Shown here piece after piece: positions 33,955 through 46,734 of a stretch of 64,000 nt of DNA. This stretch comes from Perkinsela sp. CCAP 1560/9. Its lineage: Eukaryota; Protista; Euglenozoa: Kinetoplastea. The position numbers and the translations under genes were made by a program. Where the stretch lies: NCBI GenBank assembly GCA_965644495.1, contig CBFFSA010000009.1:186001-250000 (forward strand), read 5' to 3'. Positions within the stretch are counted from its first letter, which is position 1. Each line of letters opens with the position of its first letter. The notes under the pieces were generated by a model. That model was given only the letters and a program-made list of their open reading frames with translations. It searched no databases and had not been told where the DNA came from.

Positions 33955-35249
33955 AGGGTATGTACAAGTACATACCCTGGAGGAACATATTGGAAAAGCG
34001 ACTTAAGGAAGCCTTGCAGATGCCCTTTTATCTAAATGAAGAATTGAAATTTCCTTAGGAATTATTGAAGCAATGGAGGCGAGCAAGAGCAGATCGCCAG
34101 AATCAAATTGATGATTCTGAAAAGCATTTTGAAGTTGGACAATTGACACTTGATCGTTTGCGCATTAAACTGGGATCCTTAAAAAGGCTCCGATACTAGC
34201 TACGTGCAATCTCATCATAATCCCATTACTATCTTTATACTTATAATGCTTATACTACTTAGTATAATAAGCGGTAGTTAATTTTACTCGCTCTCGCAGA
34301 CGCAGTGTCCGATTCACCGTGCACCTCTTCTCTGCAATTCGATGTGTTATTCTACAAAAATCCACCTGCCTGGCTCTCGCACAATGCATGATATTCAATA
34401 TCATGTATTTATTTTACCGTGTTGGCCACATGTTGTACAACTGTGCAATGATATAATTTGCGAGACGCAGCGTCCGTGTTCACAAAGGACCTCATTAATA
34501 CCTGAGTGGATTACATGTCTTGCGCTTAGCGACTGATACAAAGGAAGCACGGGAAATACTCTTCCTAAAAAGAATGAGAAGCGCTGGCAGTCAGGGTATG
34601 AGCAGATTCGAGCTGCGCTCAAAGCAAGCAACTCCTCGGAAATAGCAACTTCGTTAACAATGTGAGACCAGGAGAATATGATGAAAATATTTCATTTACT
34701 TATTCCACTCCGTGTACTCGGCAATTTGTGTGAAACATCCGACACGACTGATCTTCAATGCGTGAATGGTTTCTTTACACTTTTCGAACAGTGGTATACT
34801 GCCACGGGAGGCAGCTCAAATCTTGCACAGTATCTTCGGATGTGTTATCACTAGCAGCTATACTCGGATTTTTGTACACGGAATTTTCTACGGACAAAGC
34901 TATCAATCAGATGAAGCGTATTGTCGTTGAAGCAATGTTAGTATACTTCGGGATAAAGAGTAGGGTGCGACGACTTTTGCAAATAATGGAACACGAGAGA
35001 TTCTTGAAGCGGAATTCGATCTCATGTTGGACGATTATGCAACGTCAAGTTGTGGAAGATTATTGGAAAAGCACTGGTTCTCAAAAATATAAACACATTC
35101 GAGTCTTCCGAAAAACAACCAATCGGATCTACTCCGAAACACATATGGAACGAGAATTTGGGCACATGCTCTACATTGAGAACAAAAAACAGCATCTATC
35201 CGATGAGCCCCTTCAAGGAATGGTTCGAAACTTCTTTAATGATCCTTAA
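33955..35249 (+). pseudogene. Degenerate hAT-family transposase
   Basis: PCWPHVVQL (CxxH), NEKRWQSGY, DYWK...KY...SETHMEREF...LSDE. Confidence 0.7.
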
Positions 35250-35616
35250 ATGAATCTTTATGGACCTCCACGTGGTCTTCCCAGGCACTGCTATCCCACT
35301 GATGGTACAGACACCGACCTACCGATACTTACCTACGTTTCTGTACTAATTTCATCCCGTACTTGACACACACTCAGCATGGGGAAGTATGGTCAGGACC
35401 TCCACGCGGTCTTCCCTGACACTGATAGTACATCACCTACCGATACTCTTATCAGTATTATTAACAATTCTTAGTAATTGTTATAGCAGTTTGTTATGGT
35501 GTTTGGTGATATTCTTCATCTATGACAATTTTGTACAAAACACGTTTGTAAGTTTTCAACAAAAACATATCCCACGTGACCCAGTGTTGCCCGTTTGGGG
35601 GTCATAAGCCAACCGG

Positions 35617-36324
35617 TCAAACAATTCGGCACTCATCCATGTGAACGAAGACACACTCTGGAATGAGAGGACTCGTGCATGAGAGCACGCTTGGTCCACC
35701 GTGCGCTTGATCAGCCAGAAGAGTGCTGTCTGTGAAAAAGGTCTGATCCAACACAAGACCGCTCGGAAGCGTTGTGAGGTCATACGTCCCGCGTAAATAG
35801 AAATTGTACTTTAAGGAGAGCGTCTTAAGACCCTGGGGGAGAGCGTCAAAGTGTAGGGCCTGTTTGAAACGGTTTAGAGCAAGTCCCATGTGTTGCATCG
35901 TGTGTGGTACGCAACTCAAGTCCAATGTCCCGGAAAATAGATTAGTAGTCAGGTGAAGACCGACCATTTGTTGAGGAAGACATTCTAATGGGAGAGAGCG
36001 GCTTAGTTCATCGTTTCTGTACAAACTCAGGGATAAGAGGGTTGCGGGCAATCGTTCCCATCGTAAAGTCTCATCCTTCACTTTGTTTTTCATCCCGATA
36101 TGAGACCAATCAATGTTGGTGACGCGCTGATCCGCGTCGCATTGCACTCCATACCATTGACATGCTGCTGTCGAGGTGGTGTTGAATTCCCATCCCATAG
36201 GGATGAGATACAAGGGTTCCAGAAATTGTGCAAGAAGATATTCGGGGGGAAAGCGGGGGTTGACGCGACCAAGACGGCACGCGAATTCTTCCGAGCTCTT
36301 TACTTCGTGTAGGGAATCTGACAT
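35617..36324 (-). CDS. Leucine-rich repeat protein, subfamily B (CaaX-like CRIV)
   Basis: 5 aa differences from 15561-16268. Confidence 0.85.
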   Translation of the reverse strand: MSDSLHEVKSSEEFACRLGRVNPRFPPEYLLAQFLEPLYLIPMGWEFNTTSTAACQWYGVQCDADQRVTNIDWSHIGMKNKVKDETLRWERLPATLLSLSLYRNDELSRSLPLECLPQQMVGLHLTTNLFSGTLDLSCVPHTMQHMGLALNRFKQALHFDALPQGLKTLSLKYNFYLRGTYDLTTLPSGLVLDQTFFTDSTLLADQAHGGPSVLSCTSPLIPECVFVHMDECRIV

Positions 36325-36839
36325 ACGGACCGAATTGAGAAATAAAAGGGTACTGAGGTAACGTCTAGTGTAGATTCGTCCAGTAGTGGTGTGGAAGCAA
36401 AAGCAGTTGTCAATGAGTACTGAAAATAGTCCGAATAACTCCCTATTATGTTACATAATATTGAGGATAAATAATCATGCTGTTATGATACACTTATCTT
36501 ATAGCGGCCTGATGCTTAATGCAAAGGGAAAATTTATGCAAAAGGATGAGAATTGTTTATCAAAAAACTAAGCGGGACGGTAAAAGTTGTGTACATTGAC
36601 TCTGCGCCGTTGGTTCACAATGGGTTAACGTTGTCTTGAAGACTAACCGCTCTCATAAGCCCAGGGCAAATAGTTTTAAATTGTTTTTTTTTTAAAAGTG
36701 CTTCTTTTAGATTTAGATTTGTATTGAGATTTCCTTTAGATTTATTGTTCCTTTTTTGACATTTTCAGAATCACCATCAACGATTTCGGACTGCGCAGAG
36801 CTTCTCCAGCTGCAATAAAGGAGTAGTAAAGAAGAGGAG

Positions 36840-37840
36840 GGCGCCCGCACCATTATCTGTCATGAATTGACCCTTCCTTACGAAGACGCACCTTTGAGCC
36901 GTACCTTCGTGTCATGAATTCACCCTTACCTGTCAGTTCGTAGACTTTGTTTTTCATTGTTTACGTCTTTTCTGCACTTCTTCAAGGACTATGGGTTCGA
37001 ATGTGAACCGTGCGAAGCGCATGAACTCCACCAACCGTGCACAAATACAAATGTATATCACTGATAATTTATCTCGAACTGAGATTCCCGAGAGTCTGCA
37101 ACTTACCCAATCTGGCATAAGTTGTCAATTAAAGCGTCGTTGCAAGAAAGGAGTTTACGACGCGTATTTGGCCGAATAAAAACCCAATGTAATCATGACA
37201 ACGAATGCCATGAAAAAGAGATTCGTCCATCCACGTAAAATAAACCGAACTCATCGGCATGGCAACTGATCTTCTGACTCGCCGGTACAGTCCTCAGCAA
37301 GTCAGCTTCACTTTGTTCAAGGAGCATGGAATAAAAGTATCCCGACAGGCAATATACAATTTTTTAAAGCCAGGCGAGAACGATGGTGGAAGGTCGTAAA
37401 AGTTTTGCGTCGTGGGGGGCTCGTATGTCCGTGATTACTATCCGAAGAAGTATTCTTTTACGAGTCTCCCACAGGATGACATGCATCGTGTTGTTTCCGA
37501 GATCAACGGACGCCCTATGGAAGTGCTGTTAAATGATGCTCCATTCGAACACCAGAAGCTAAATAGGGGGGAAGGTGGTCGTTGTGAGGTATGGAGGCCT
37601 CTGGCAACTCCGGGGCCTTGCCGGGGGCAGTTCTGGACTCCCAGAAGTAGGACTGAATGTAAATTCCATGTTTTCGAAAAAGAAAAAAAATACATTCCGG
37701 TGAAGAAAACGCGTCGATTTTTTTTGGTCTCGAAAAGATATTACGACCTCATTTTTTTAATCGAATTATGACAGATAAACGCGCGAGTTAGTATGACAGA
37801 TAAGTGGCCACCTTCTATGACAGATAAAGGTGCGAGTGGC
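36840..37840 (+). mobile_element. IS30-family-like DNA transposon, internally deleted
   Basis: 24-bp imperfect TIRs, GAG TSD, IS30-like HTH (36991-37179), YSPQQV..VSRQAIYNF, VRDYYPK...EINGRP. Confidence 0.75.
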
Positions 37841-37919
37841 GAGTCGCAAGTTCATACAGCTGCATTCAGAGAATGCAGAAAAGAATCCCATTCCAAAAGA
37901 GAAAATGCAGAAAAGAATT

Positions 37920-38579
37920 CTATTTGTACTGATACAGTATTTGCGCACCCTGTCCCTTCTGTATCAGTCGCTGTACCATTCCATTCCAACACACTATCTG
38001 CGTTCGCGCAAAATTGTACTCTGCTTTCCTTGGCATCACATTTTCCTCTAATATGCCAGTAAGATCCGGATTTTTCTGCAGCATGAGCATCCGCAAATTT
38101 GGTGGCAGGGCGTGAAACTCCACTTCCCCGCTCAACAAATTGCAGTCCAATGCGATACAATCTAAACTTCGAGGCATACCCGCGAGGTCCACCTTTCCGG
38201 TAAAACCATTTTCGCTCAAATAAAAATGTTGCAAATGTAGGGGAAGCTGTGAAAATTCAACTTCTCCGTGTATTTCATTGGATTGCACGCCGAAATACAC
38301 CAAACCGGGGGGCAACGCCCACGAGAGCGTGCCTCTTAACTGTCGCCAATCCCACCGGATCCAGGTCACTTTTTGCGCCCCATCACACTTGATCCCCTCC
38401 CAGGAACAGAGCGCGACGGAGGGGCGCCATGTGGGATGGCTCGGGGAGAGGTTGCGTACCACGCGCTCCATAAGGTATTCCTCGGGCAGACCCGCCCCGG
38501 AGAGTTTGCCTCCGAAATCGGCACGCTGGGGGGAGGGGGAAGACTCCGATGCGGCCCACCAGTTCGGCAAGAGGTTCAT
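37920..38579 (-). CDS. Leucine-rich repeat protein, subfamily C
   Basis: Near-identical to 16735-17346; TGA>CGA change gives a 16-aa extension. Confidence 0.88.
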   Translation of the reverse strand: MNLLPNWWAASESSPSPQRADFGGKLSGAGLPEEYLMERVVRNLSPSHPTWRPSVALCSWEGIKCDGAQKVTWIRWDWRQLRGTLSWALPPGLVYFGVQSNEIHGEVEFSQLPLHLQHFYLSENGFTGKVDLAGMPRSLDCIALDCNLLSGEVEFHALPPNLRMLMLQKNPDLTGILEENVMPRKAEYNFARTQIVCWNGMVQRLIQKGQGAQILYQYK

Positions 38580-39489
38580 GTGCAGGTTTTAGTGTACAAA
38601 CGAAAAACAAGGGGAAACAAGCTCCTTTTTTGTGGCCAATAGCAGGAAAATGAAACCCTGCAGCGGGATAATTTTGTGTTACACACTCATCTGAGACGTA
38701 TATTTTTTGTATAGTTTCTATACCTTGCTGCTTTATTTTTCTTACCTTTTACTGTATCTTAATGGCCTCACAAGCAACAAGATCGTATGCGTCGCAGGAC
38801 CCTAATACGGGACCACGTGACGTGACCGAACCTACGTTGTCCGTTCCCTTGCACACATCATTTATGAATACGGGAATGTGGTAAGCAGCTTAGCTGAGGT
38901 ATTTTTCTCCGTGTTGGTTGGGTAGTTGTTGCTCCACCTCGCCTCGGTAGAAAAACAGATCTACTGCATTGTAAACGAGAGTTAACATCTTGCGAACATC
39001 TTTCGACGTGCGTCAAGAAGGCTGGGATACGGAACCAGGGTGTGCAAATACGTGCTGTACCCGCACGTTTAATAAGCTCTTTTTTTCTTTCCTTTTTTTT
39101 ACAGATTTCAAAAATTTGTTAACACTGATCACAAAGATCACGAAGGCCACAAACGGTGGGTCACAAAGATCCCAAACACCCGACGAGATAACAAATAATG
39201 GGTCATTAAGATTTCAAGTGAACCGATCACAAAGATAACAAACAAACAAACCAATCAGGTAATATACACATCCGATTACAAAGATCCCGCGCAATGAGTC
39301 ATAAGGACTTCATAGATATCAAACAAACGATCACAAATATCCTAAGTAAGGGGTCGAAAAGATCACAAAAAAACAGAATGGTCGTGACATTTACGATACA
39401 TGTCACATCGGAAAAGACATCGCTCAGAAAAGACTCGCGTAACCTGTTGATGTGCTATTCCGTGCATCAATAAAAGGTGAATGAAAACT

Positions 39490-40790
39490 ATGAGGAGGGA
39501 GTTTATGAAGGTAGGGGTGAAAGCATAGCCCCTCTCCCTGGAGGGCACGACGAAAGCCCAATTGCTGGCCCCCTCACCCGTTTCAGATAACCATCTGGCC
39601 CGTGCAAGGGAGTGTCAGATCGACCGGAAGAGTCGGAGCAGTGGGAGTGCGACCGGGAGCCGTGGGAATAGCGTCCTGCAAGTAACGCCCTGTGCGTTCG
39701 TTTATGAGGGGTGTATCGATGAGCTCGTTGACATCTTCTGCGTCCCACCTATCGCAAGATGCTGCGAAGGCAACGGAAGACACATACGCCGCGACAGCGT
39801 GGGTGAACGAGGATCGCAGACTGAAACCGCCGTGCCTTTTGTTACGCCGAGCCTGGGAGCGTGCCGAGGAGTTAAGCGAGCCGATGACCCCCTCTAATGC
39901 TTGTAGTCCTGCATCACCGAGGTTTTTGCAAAGGTTCGATATTACCTGAGGGGGCGTCGTGCGCATAGAAAAAACTAGTTGGCAAAAACCTGAGCATTGA
40001 CGAATCAGTGTCACCGCCACTTGGGGGTCTTCGACTTTCTTTATTGCCTGAAGTGTGGCTTGTGCGGGGAGTAAAGCTTTTGTGTAGAGAAAGTTTGTGC
40101 AATGATCGGTTTGTGCAATGATCCAACAGGGCTTCCCAAGATATCGAATTCGCCGTCTAGGTTTATCCTGTTCCCGGGGATGTCCTGGAACAGAGTAGCG
40201 TTATGTGCCGAGGCGGGGTGAAGAGCTACGTTGTTGAACGCGTTAGCTAGATCGACTTTGCAAAAAACAAATTCCGGATCGTCTATGTGAGCAGAGACCG
40301 TTTATCGACAACGATGTATCATCCGTTCCGCTCCAGCGGGGACAGCAACACCATATTGCGTCCCGTGAAAGATGGCTTGTGCTTGTGATTTTAGTGCTGC
40401 GCAAGCCCCTTTGCAGGCTAAGCGACGGAGGGTTTCCTCGACGGCGATTGGGCGGACGTCATGCTCTCCTTTCTGTAGGGCGCAGAGGCGGGCGCCGGCG
40501 AAGTAATTTTGAGATTCGAGGGGGGCCTTCCCTGCCAGGAGGTGATTGACTAATTTAGTGAGAGAAGCGAGTGGGTTGATGGACGAGTCGACGTTCGCGT
40601 AAAAAGCTTCCAGTATCTGCTCTGGGCGTACCCCCATCGTACCCCCCAATGAGCCTCGATGGAAACTTTTCATTGCGGCTTCTATTTCATGCTCCGTGAG
40701 CTGCAATGGTGGGCGAGGTGTTGGAGGTCGTTCAATGCCGAGGAACATTGACAAATATTCAGGACGGGGGAGGCGACATGGTTGTTTTTG
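39490..40790 (-). mobile_element. CRE-clade retrotransposon RT region, internally deleted
   Basis: Paralog of 22910-24230 with the same core deletion but a different 3' part (GEGASNWAFVVPS). Confidence 0.85.
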
Positions 40791-41236
40791 TTTTATCCCC
40801 CGTGACCCAGTTAGCGATTGGTTACTTGGATACTCTTGTTATCGATCCTGTTTTTTTTGTAATTTTTGTGATAGTTTGGTTTATCGTTTTGATCGATTGT
40901 TTTTCGTATATTTGTAATTACTCCTTGTGGATCTTTGTTATCGGTTGTTTGTGATTTTTGTTTTTGATTCATTTTCCTTGAAGCTTTAATTATTTGCCAA
41001 TATTATCTGGAGTATTTGAGATCCATGCTTCAATATTTTTGGGGTCCATGTGTCTTGTGACCTTGGCCAGGCGATTGCATTTATTTGGGATCCGTTTGTT
41101 AAGACGTTGTATCGCACAATGGAGTCATTCGGATACATTCTTCAAGATCTTTGTGATCGGATGTTGTTACCTTATCAATTGTTTAAGATATTTCGAACTT
41201 GTTTTAGTTCTTCGGAATCCATTTTTTGGGACCATT

Positions 41237-41622
41237 GTGATCTTTTTTATTATTATGTTTTACTATTATGTTTCTGGTGACGTTTGTGGTCAGTTGTTCT
41301 TCTCTTTGAGTTGCTTAAGATCAGTTTTTTCATTGCGATCTTTTTTATTATTATGTTTTACTATTATGTTTCTGGTGACTTTTGTGGTCAGTTGTTCTTC
41401 TCTTTGAGTTGCTTAAGATCAGTTTTTTCATTGTGATCTCTTTATTATTATGTTTTACTATTATGTTTCTGGTGACCTTTGTGGTCAGTTGTTCTTCTCT
41501 TTGAGTTGCTTAAGATCAGTTTTTTCATTGTGATCTTTTTTATTATTATGTTTTACTATTATGTTTTTGGTGACTTTTGTGGTCAGTTGTTCTTCTCTTT
41601 GAGTTGCTTAAGATCAGTTTTT
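41237..41622. repeat. ~97-bp tandem repeat, about 4 copies
   Basis: Single copy in the paralog at 24678-24770. Confidence 0.9.
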
Positions 41623-42274
41623 TAAGTTGAGTTGCTTAAGTTGGTTGTACCTCATAGTTTGGATTCTTTCTTGGGGGGGTCTTTTTGGTCAGCTGTTTAA
41701 GACTTAAACAACTTAAATACCTTAAACTTTAAGGCATTTGTGCTTTAAGGTTTAAGACTTTATTGTTGAGCTACTTTGAACTTCTTTCTTGCTTTTTTTT
41801 GGGGGGTCTTTGCGACCCATTCTTAAAGAATGGTCCCTCTTTGTGTTCTTTTTGATGAGCTATTTTCTATCTTTGGGATCAGTTCACGATCCTAGTGACT
41901 AGTTAGTTAGTTACTTAGTATGTTCGTTTCTTTTGAATCCCTTTCTCAGGATCCTTTGAAATTTTTTTTGCGATCATTGTGATCAGTTGCCTGCAATTGT
42001 TGTGAGTGTGTTTATACACAGTTTAGGATAATGTTTAGGATTAGTCTATTGGGTGGTCTATTGGACTGGCTGCTGAGATCTTTGTACCCCGATGTTGGGT
42101 ATCTCCTTAACGTATTCATTAAAATCTTTGCCAAATCCAGTATTTGCATCTTTCTTTATCCAGTATTCGGATTCATATCTTTGTGATTTTTGTGAGCAGT
42201 TGCTTGTATTGTGTGAAGTTTTTAAAATATGAAAATTGTAATTTCGAAAATAAATTTTTATGTTAGAATATTCT

Positions 42275-42451
42275 GATAACACTCGAACATGGACTATGCA
42301 TTCATTGCGGCATGGGAAGGTCACTGAGCTTCGAGTCCGTGGCGTTCCTATTTCAGAGAGGCAATTAATGGGACGATGGCGCTCTCACTCGTCAGAACAA
42401 TCCAATGTCACAGCGTACCAGCGCCAACCACGGGAGTTCAACTCTCCGTAA
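42275..42451 (+). pseudogene. Tyrosine recombinase C-terminal fragment
   Basis: HSLRHG...GRWRS...AYQR. Confidence 0.72.
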
Positions 42452-43040
42452 CTAACGAGCATGTGACATCCAATGTCACAGCCTACCAGCGGGAACCAAG
42501 GGGGTCCAACTGTTCAATTAACCAGTGGCAACATGAGAGTGTTGCGGTACTTCACCATGTCTAACTGCCCTGCAGCATGCTAAGTCCAGCTCACTCGACC
42601 GAATGATCCAGCACAAATCGATCGAATGATCGCTTCCCCCTCCTACCCCGGTCTTTGAGAGACCTGCCCCAGGCTTGGGACTGGAAACTGCGGAGTTAAG
42701 AAGCCATAGGAGTTAAGAAATTAAAAGTAAACAATACTTTTTTTAAGACAAATTATACTAAATCACAGTTCTCAGACATTGCGTTTAGTCTGTCATACAC
42801 ATTTTAGATGTGTTGTCTGTTATGCACATTACAAAGGGGTTGAGCGACACAATTAATCAAGGGGGTATGTCACGTCGTACACTTTTTTGAGATAAGAAAG
42901 TTTATAAAAGTTTCCAAAACAATAGAATTTATTGAATAATTGAAGATCCCCCTAATCCCCTCATTTTCTCTCCATCTTTCTCTTTATTCTGTTTAAATTC
43001 TCTTTATTCTCTTTAAATTCTCTTTATCATTTTATTTGAT

Positions 43041-43126
43041 TCAATGATTCTCGAGCCTTATCTGTGTGTTATATACGCACAAACCGTACTCTTGCACATT
43101 TTCAGGTAATGGCGATCTTGTTATAT
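43041..43126 (-). pseudogene. 3' fragment of a subfamily A LRR gene
   Basis: ITRSPLPENVQEYGLCVYNTQIRLENH*. Confidence 0.85.
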
Positions 43127-44445
43127 GCCATCTGGTTCGGCCTAGCGGTTGGCTACATTTGTCCACAGGGCAAGGGCGGGGGGCATTGTGGACGTCTGCC
43201 CCGAGCCACCAACGGGCCAGGGCGCGGAACGCCGTAGGGATAAGGGCGTACCCCAGCTCTTTGGATGGGAGAGCAAAGGCCCAGTTTGCGACCCCATCCC
43301 CACTTTGAGAAGAAGCCATCTTTTTTAGTTGGTGTTTTCTTTAGTTGGTCTTTAGGTGGTGTTGGATTTGCCGGGGGGACTCAGGATCCTCTGGTAAGAC
43401 GTACCCTGTATGGACGTTGATGAGGGGTCTTCCGGATAGTTCGTTTACGTGGGTCATTGCCTCCCGGAATCCTTCTGCATCCAGTGCATCCCATCCGTCT
43501 TGGCTGGCTGCGAAGGAGACTGAGGAAGCGTACCCCGCTGAGTAGAAAAGAGAAGAGGAAGTCCAAAACCGCCATATTTTTTTCTGCGCTGAGCGCTGAG
43601 CGCACCCGGAAGGATCGAGTGAGCAAAGTGCGTCCTCTAAAGCTTGTAGCACCGCGGTGTCGAGACGCAAACATAGATCTAATAGGGGTTTAGGGGCTGT
43701 GGTGCGGAGGGAGAAGACGAGCTGACAAAAGCCAGAGCACTGGCGGATGAGGGTTAACGCCACTTGGGGATCGACGATTTTCTTTATAGCGCTAAGTGTG
43801 GAGAATGCTGGGGCCAAGGCGTGTTCGCGAAGGTAATCACTACAGTATTGCGCGGATCCCACCGGGCTGCCTAGGATGCTGAAATTGCCATCGAAGAGAA
43901 TTCTTTGTTATGGGATCTCAGGGAATAAAGTCACGAGGTGTGCGGACGGGGGGTGTAGGGTCACTTCACACTTCTGAGTGTTAAGAAGGAGTCCGAGCTG
44001 TCGACCTTCCCGCTCAATGACTTTGAGGGCTTGCTTGACGAGCGCCGCCTTGCCGGCAAGTACCCCGTCGTCAAGGTACCAGACATGGAGGAAAAGTTCT
44101 TCAGGAAACTCAGCGTTAATAATTTGCGCGAGATGATGGATTACCAGGGAGAAAAGGAGCGGTCCCAAGGGATCGCCTTGTTGAACGCCTTCTGCGGAGT
44201 GCAGAATGTGTTGCCCAAAGGTGACGTAGCTGTCCGTTTCGTAACACCATTCTACCCATTTAGAGAGGAGGTTAGGAAAGTGCTTCTGAGTCAAGGAGGG
44301 AAAGGCGGATCTTGAGACGTCATTAAACGCGTTTGAGAGATCAATTTTGCACAGGACGAAATCTGGGTCGTCAGCATGCTTGGTCACCGTCTGACGACAG
44401 AGATGAATCATGCGTTCGGCGCCAGCGGCGGTGGCGACACCATAC
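43126..44445 (-). mobile_element. CRE-clade retrotransposon RT fragment (second family)
   Basis: KIDLSNAFN, GVQQGDPLGPLLFSL, WYLDDG, LGSPVGS. Confidence 0.9.
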
Positions 44446-45257
44446 TCTCCCTCTCATTAATTTTTATAAATTATAAATTATAACAAAAAATGAGATATAC
44501 CGTGGAAACATTGATTAAGAATTACACTAATTAAGGGAAAATGGTTTTCAAAAAAACTTATTCCCTTAATTAGTGTTCCCTTATTTTATGTAGAAGGAGG
44601 TCAAGGAGGCCTTCAGAAACCTCCTAATCCACTACGGGTTTAATCCAAAGGTTCTCATCCAAACTATGGATCTACCAACACGCCGTCCTATCCAAATTGC
44701 GCTTTCATTCGTTGTTCATGCCAGCCTTACTCATTCATTGAGAGGCTACAAAAGAGAACCACCCACCATATCAAGAAGTGGATGAACTTTGCCTCTGCCA
44801 CCAGTATTGAAACCTTATACAGGGGGGATCGCCAATATCAGGACACCTCCTGTTTTTGTCCTTGGGTCCGTTTCACCTGAGTTTTGTTGCAAAGGAGAGT
44901 TCTCGACGCGAATATGGTCCATACTTTTCGGCATTAGGATGTACTTTAATAATTATTAATAATTCTTTAATAATAATTACTGTCCCCCCCGTTTAAGCGC
45001 ACCTCGTTTTCCGTGAAAAGTGCGCTTAAACGGGGGGGGGGTCTGACCGTGTGCGCTTAAGGGGAGGGAGGACAGTATTATTAGAAGGAAAAATTATTAA
45101 TAATTTTACAGGTATGGGTGTGACAGATAATTACGGGGGTCAAAATGCGACAGATATCTAGCGGGGTCCATCGCCAAAAAAAGCAAGGGAACGAAAAGTT
45201 ACAGAAACTTTTTCTTTATTGCCTAGGAAGGTTCCTTTGCACCCCAATGGGGTACTA

Positions 45258-45685
45258 CCGTACAACCCCCCAGTAAGAGTGGGTTTTGACCAAATCTCTC
45301 TTACTGGGGGGTTATGCTTTTTAGGCCAGTTTTCTTTTTTCTCCAAACTTTTTTGACAACCTTTTTTTTAGAGTTTTTCTCTTTTTCGAATAGTTCTGTC
45401 TAAAAGAAATTGTCATTCTGTCATTGATTTCATTTCATCTACTTTTTTTAAGTTATGACAACGGACATTCGCATACAACTTGCGTTAGAAAGCGTTGTCC
45501 AAGACTCCAGCCCAACTATATTTGATTTTCGTATGCTTCATATAAAATATTGACTCTTTGTTTTTGATTGTGCGTTTTCTTCTCTGTGCTTCAACCTCAT
45601 TTGATTGCCCAGAATAAGGGCTAAATCTCTCTTACTGGGGGCCAGCCCAAAAAGAGCCAAATCTCTCTTCCTGGGGGGTATACGG
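45258..45685. mobile_element. MITE with CCGTA..CCCCCCAG(T/G)AAGAG TIRs and TA TSD
   Basis: TIRs, TA flanks, subterminal AAATCTCTCTT repeats; copies at 51786-52213 and 58317-58744. Confidence 0.8.
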
Positions 45686-46734
45686 TATAAGCTGAAGACA
45701 TGCGTCTACGGGGTAAAAAGAATACCAGAGAGTGAAGCGGATGATGAAGGAGATGATGGGGATAATGAGGGGAATGATAAAGGGGATGGAGGGTATGACG
45801 AAGGGAACGATGATGGGGATGATGAAGGGGACGCTGGTGGAGACGTTGAAGCTAACGAGCTCCGAATCCTGCTTTCCAATTTCTTCCGTAGAACTCTACG
45901 ATCCCAACATTACATACTCCCATCATATCCCATCATTGTTCATAATCCCATCATTGTTTACCAATAAAAAACACGAGCTTTCTTTGATTGAAATTCATAG
46001 TCAAGGTCCCGCTTCATCACAAAGCGTTTTTCAAAATGTATGAAGTACCGTACTATCCGTACTAGGGAGATGTATGGGTATACTAAATTTTGTCTAAAAA
46101 GCAAAAAATAATTTATAATTATATTTAATTTATCAGTAGTTGCTAGAAAAATGTTGCCTTGACCTTAAAATGCGATTTCTTGCCGTGTGATGGCTAGAAA
46201 ATGGATCTGTCGCTTCTAAAAAAGGGATGTCTCCCGCTCCTGTTGCTGGGAGGGGGGGGTAGGTATACTAAGTGGGCACGGGTATACTATCCTGGAACAT
46301 AGTTTAGTATTAAACAAGTTTAGATAGTAGATTTTTTTACAAATTCTTTTGATTACGATTTCTCTTTCCATCACCTTTCCACCGTACGGTCGAACTGATA
46401 CGTGGCTCCGGGCTTTGGGCCGGTATAGCAGGCTTAAAGGAGACCGAGGTTACCGAAAGGAAGTGGATGTTGTCACGGGGGGTATTACAGTCCATGCTGT
46501 GCATTCATCGTCAGTTAGCCCCTAGGACACACTTCATTTGCCTCGGCCTGCTATTCTCGTGAATATGAAAGTCCCGATCCAGCCACTAGTTGTTTTTCCA
46601 ACGGCGGCCACTGCGCCTCCCCCCCACTAAGAAACGCGGAAAACCGGAATCATGGGATGATCATGGCGATAATGAAGGGTAAAATGAAGGGGATGGCGAA
46701 GGCGATAGTGATAGTACGGTATACAGTGGTTAAT

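Noticed and set aside
35337-35348. GTTTCTGTACTA match to the kinetoplastid spliced-leader exon
   Set aside because: Only 12 bp, no TTG|GT donor follows, and the paralog near 15267 differs
43041-43319. 92-aa CRE-LRR fusion ORF as a new gene
   Set aside because: Chance in-frame junction with no complete domain
45605-46043. D/G/E-rich and M-rich ORFs (three copies)
   Set aside because: Low-complexity GAT/GGG repeat; the longer ORF starts inside a MITE
46495-46525. CTGACGA hammerhead core on the minus strand
   Set aside because: No helix II followed by GAAA
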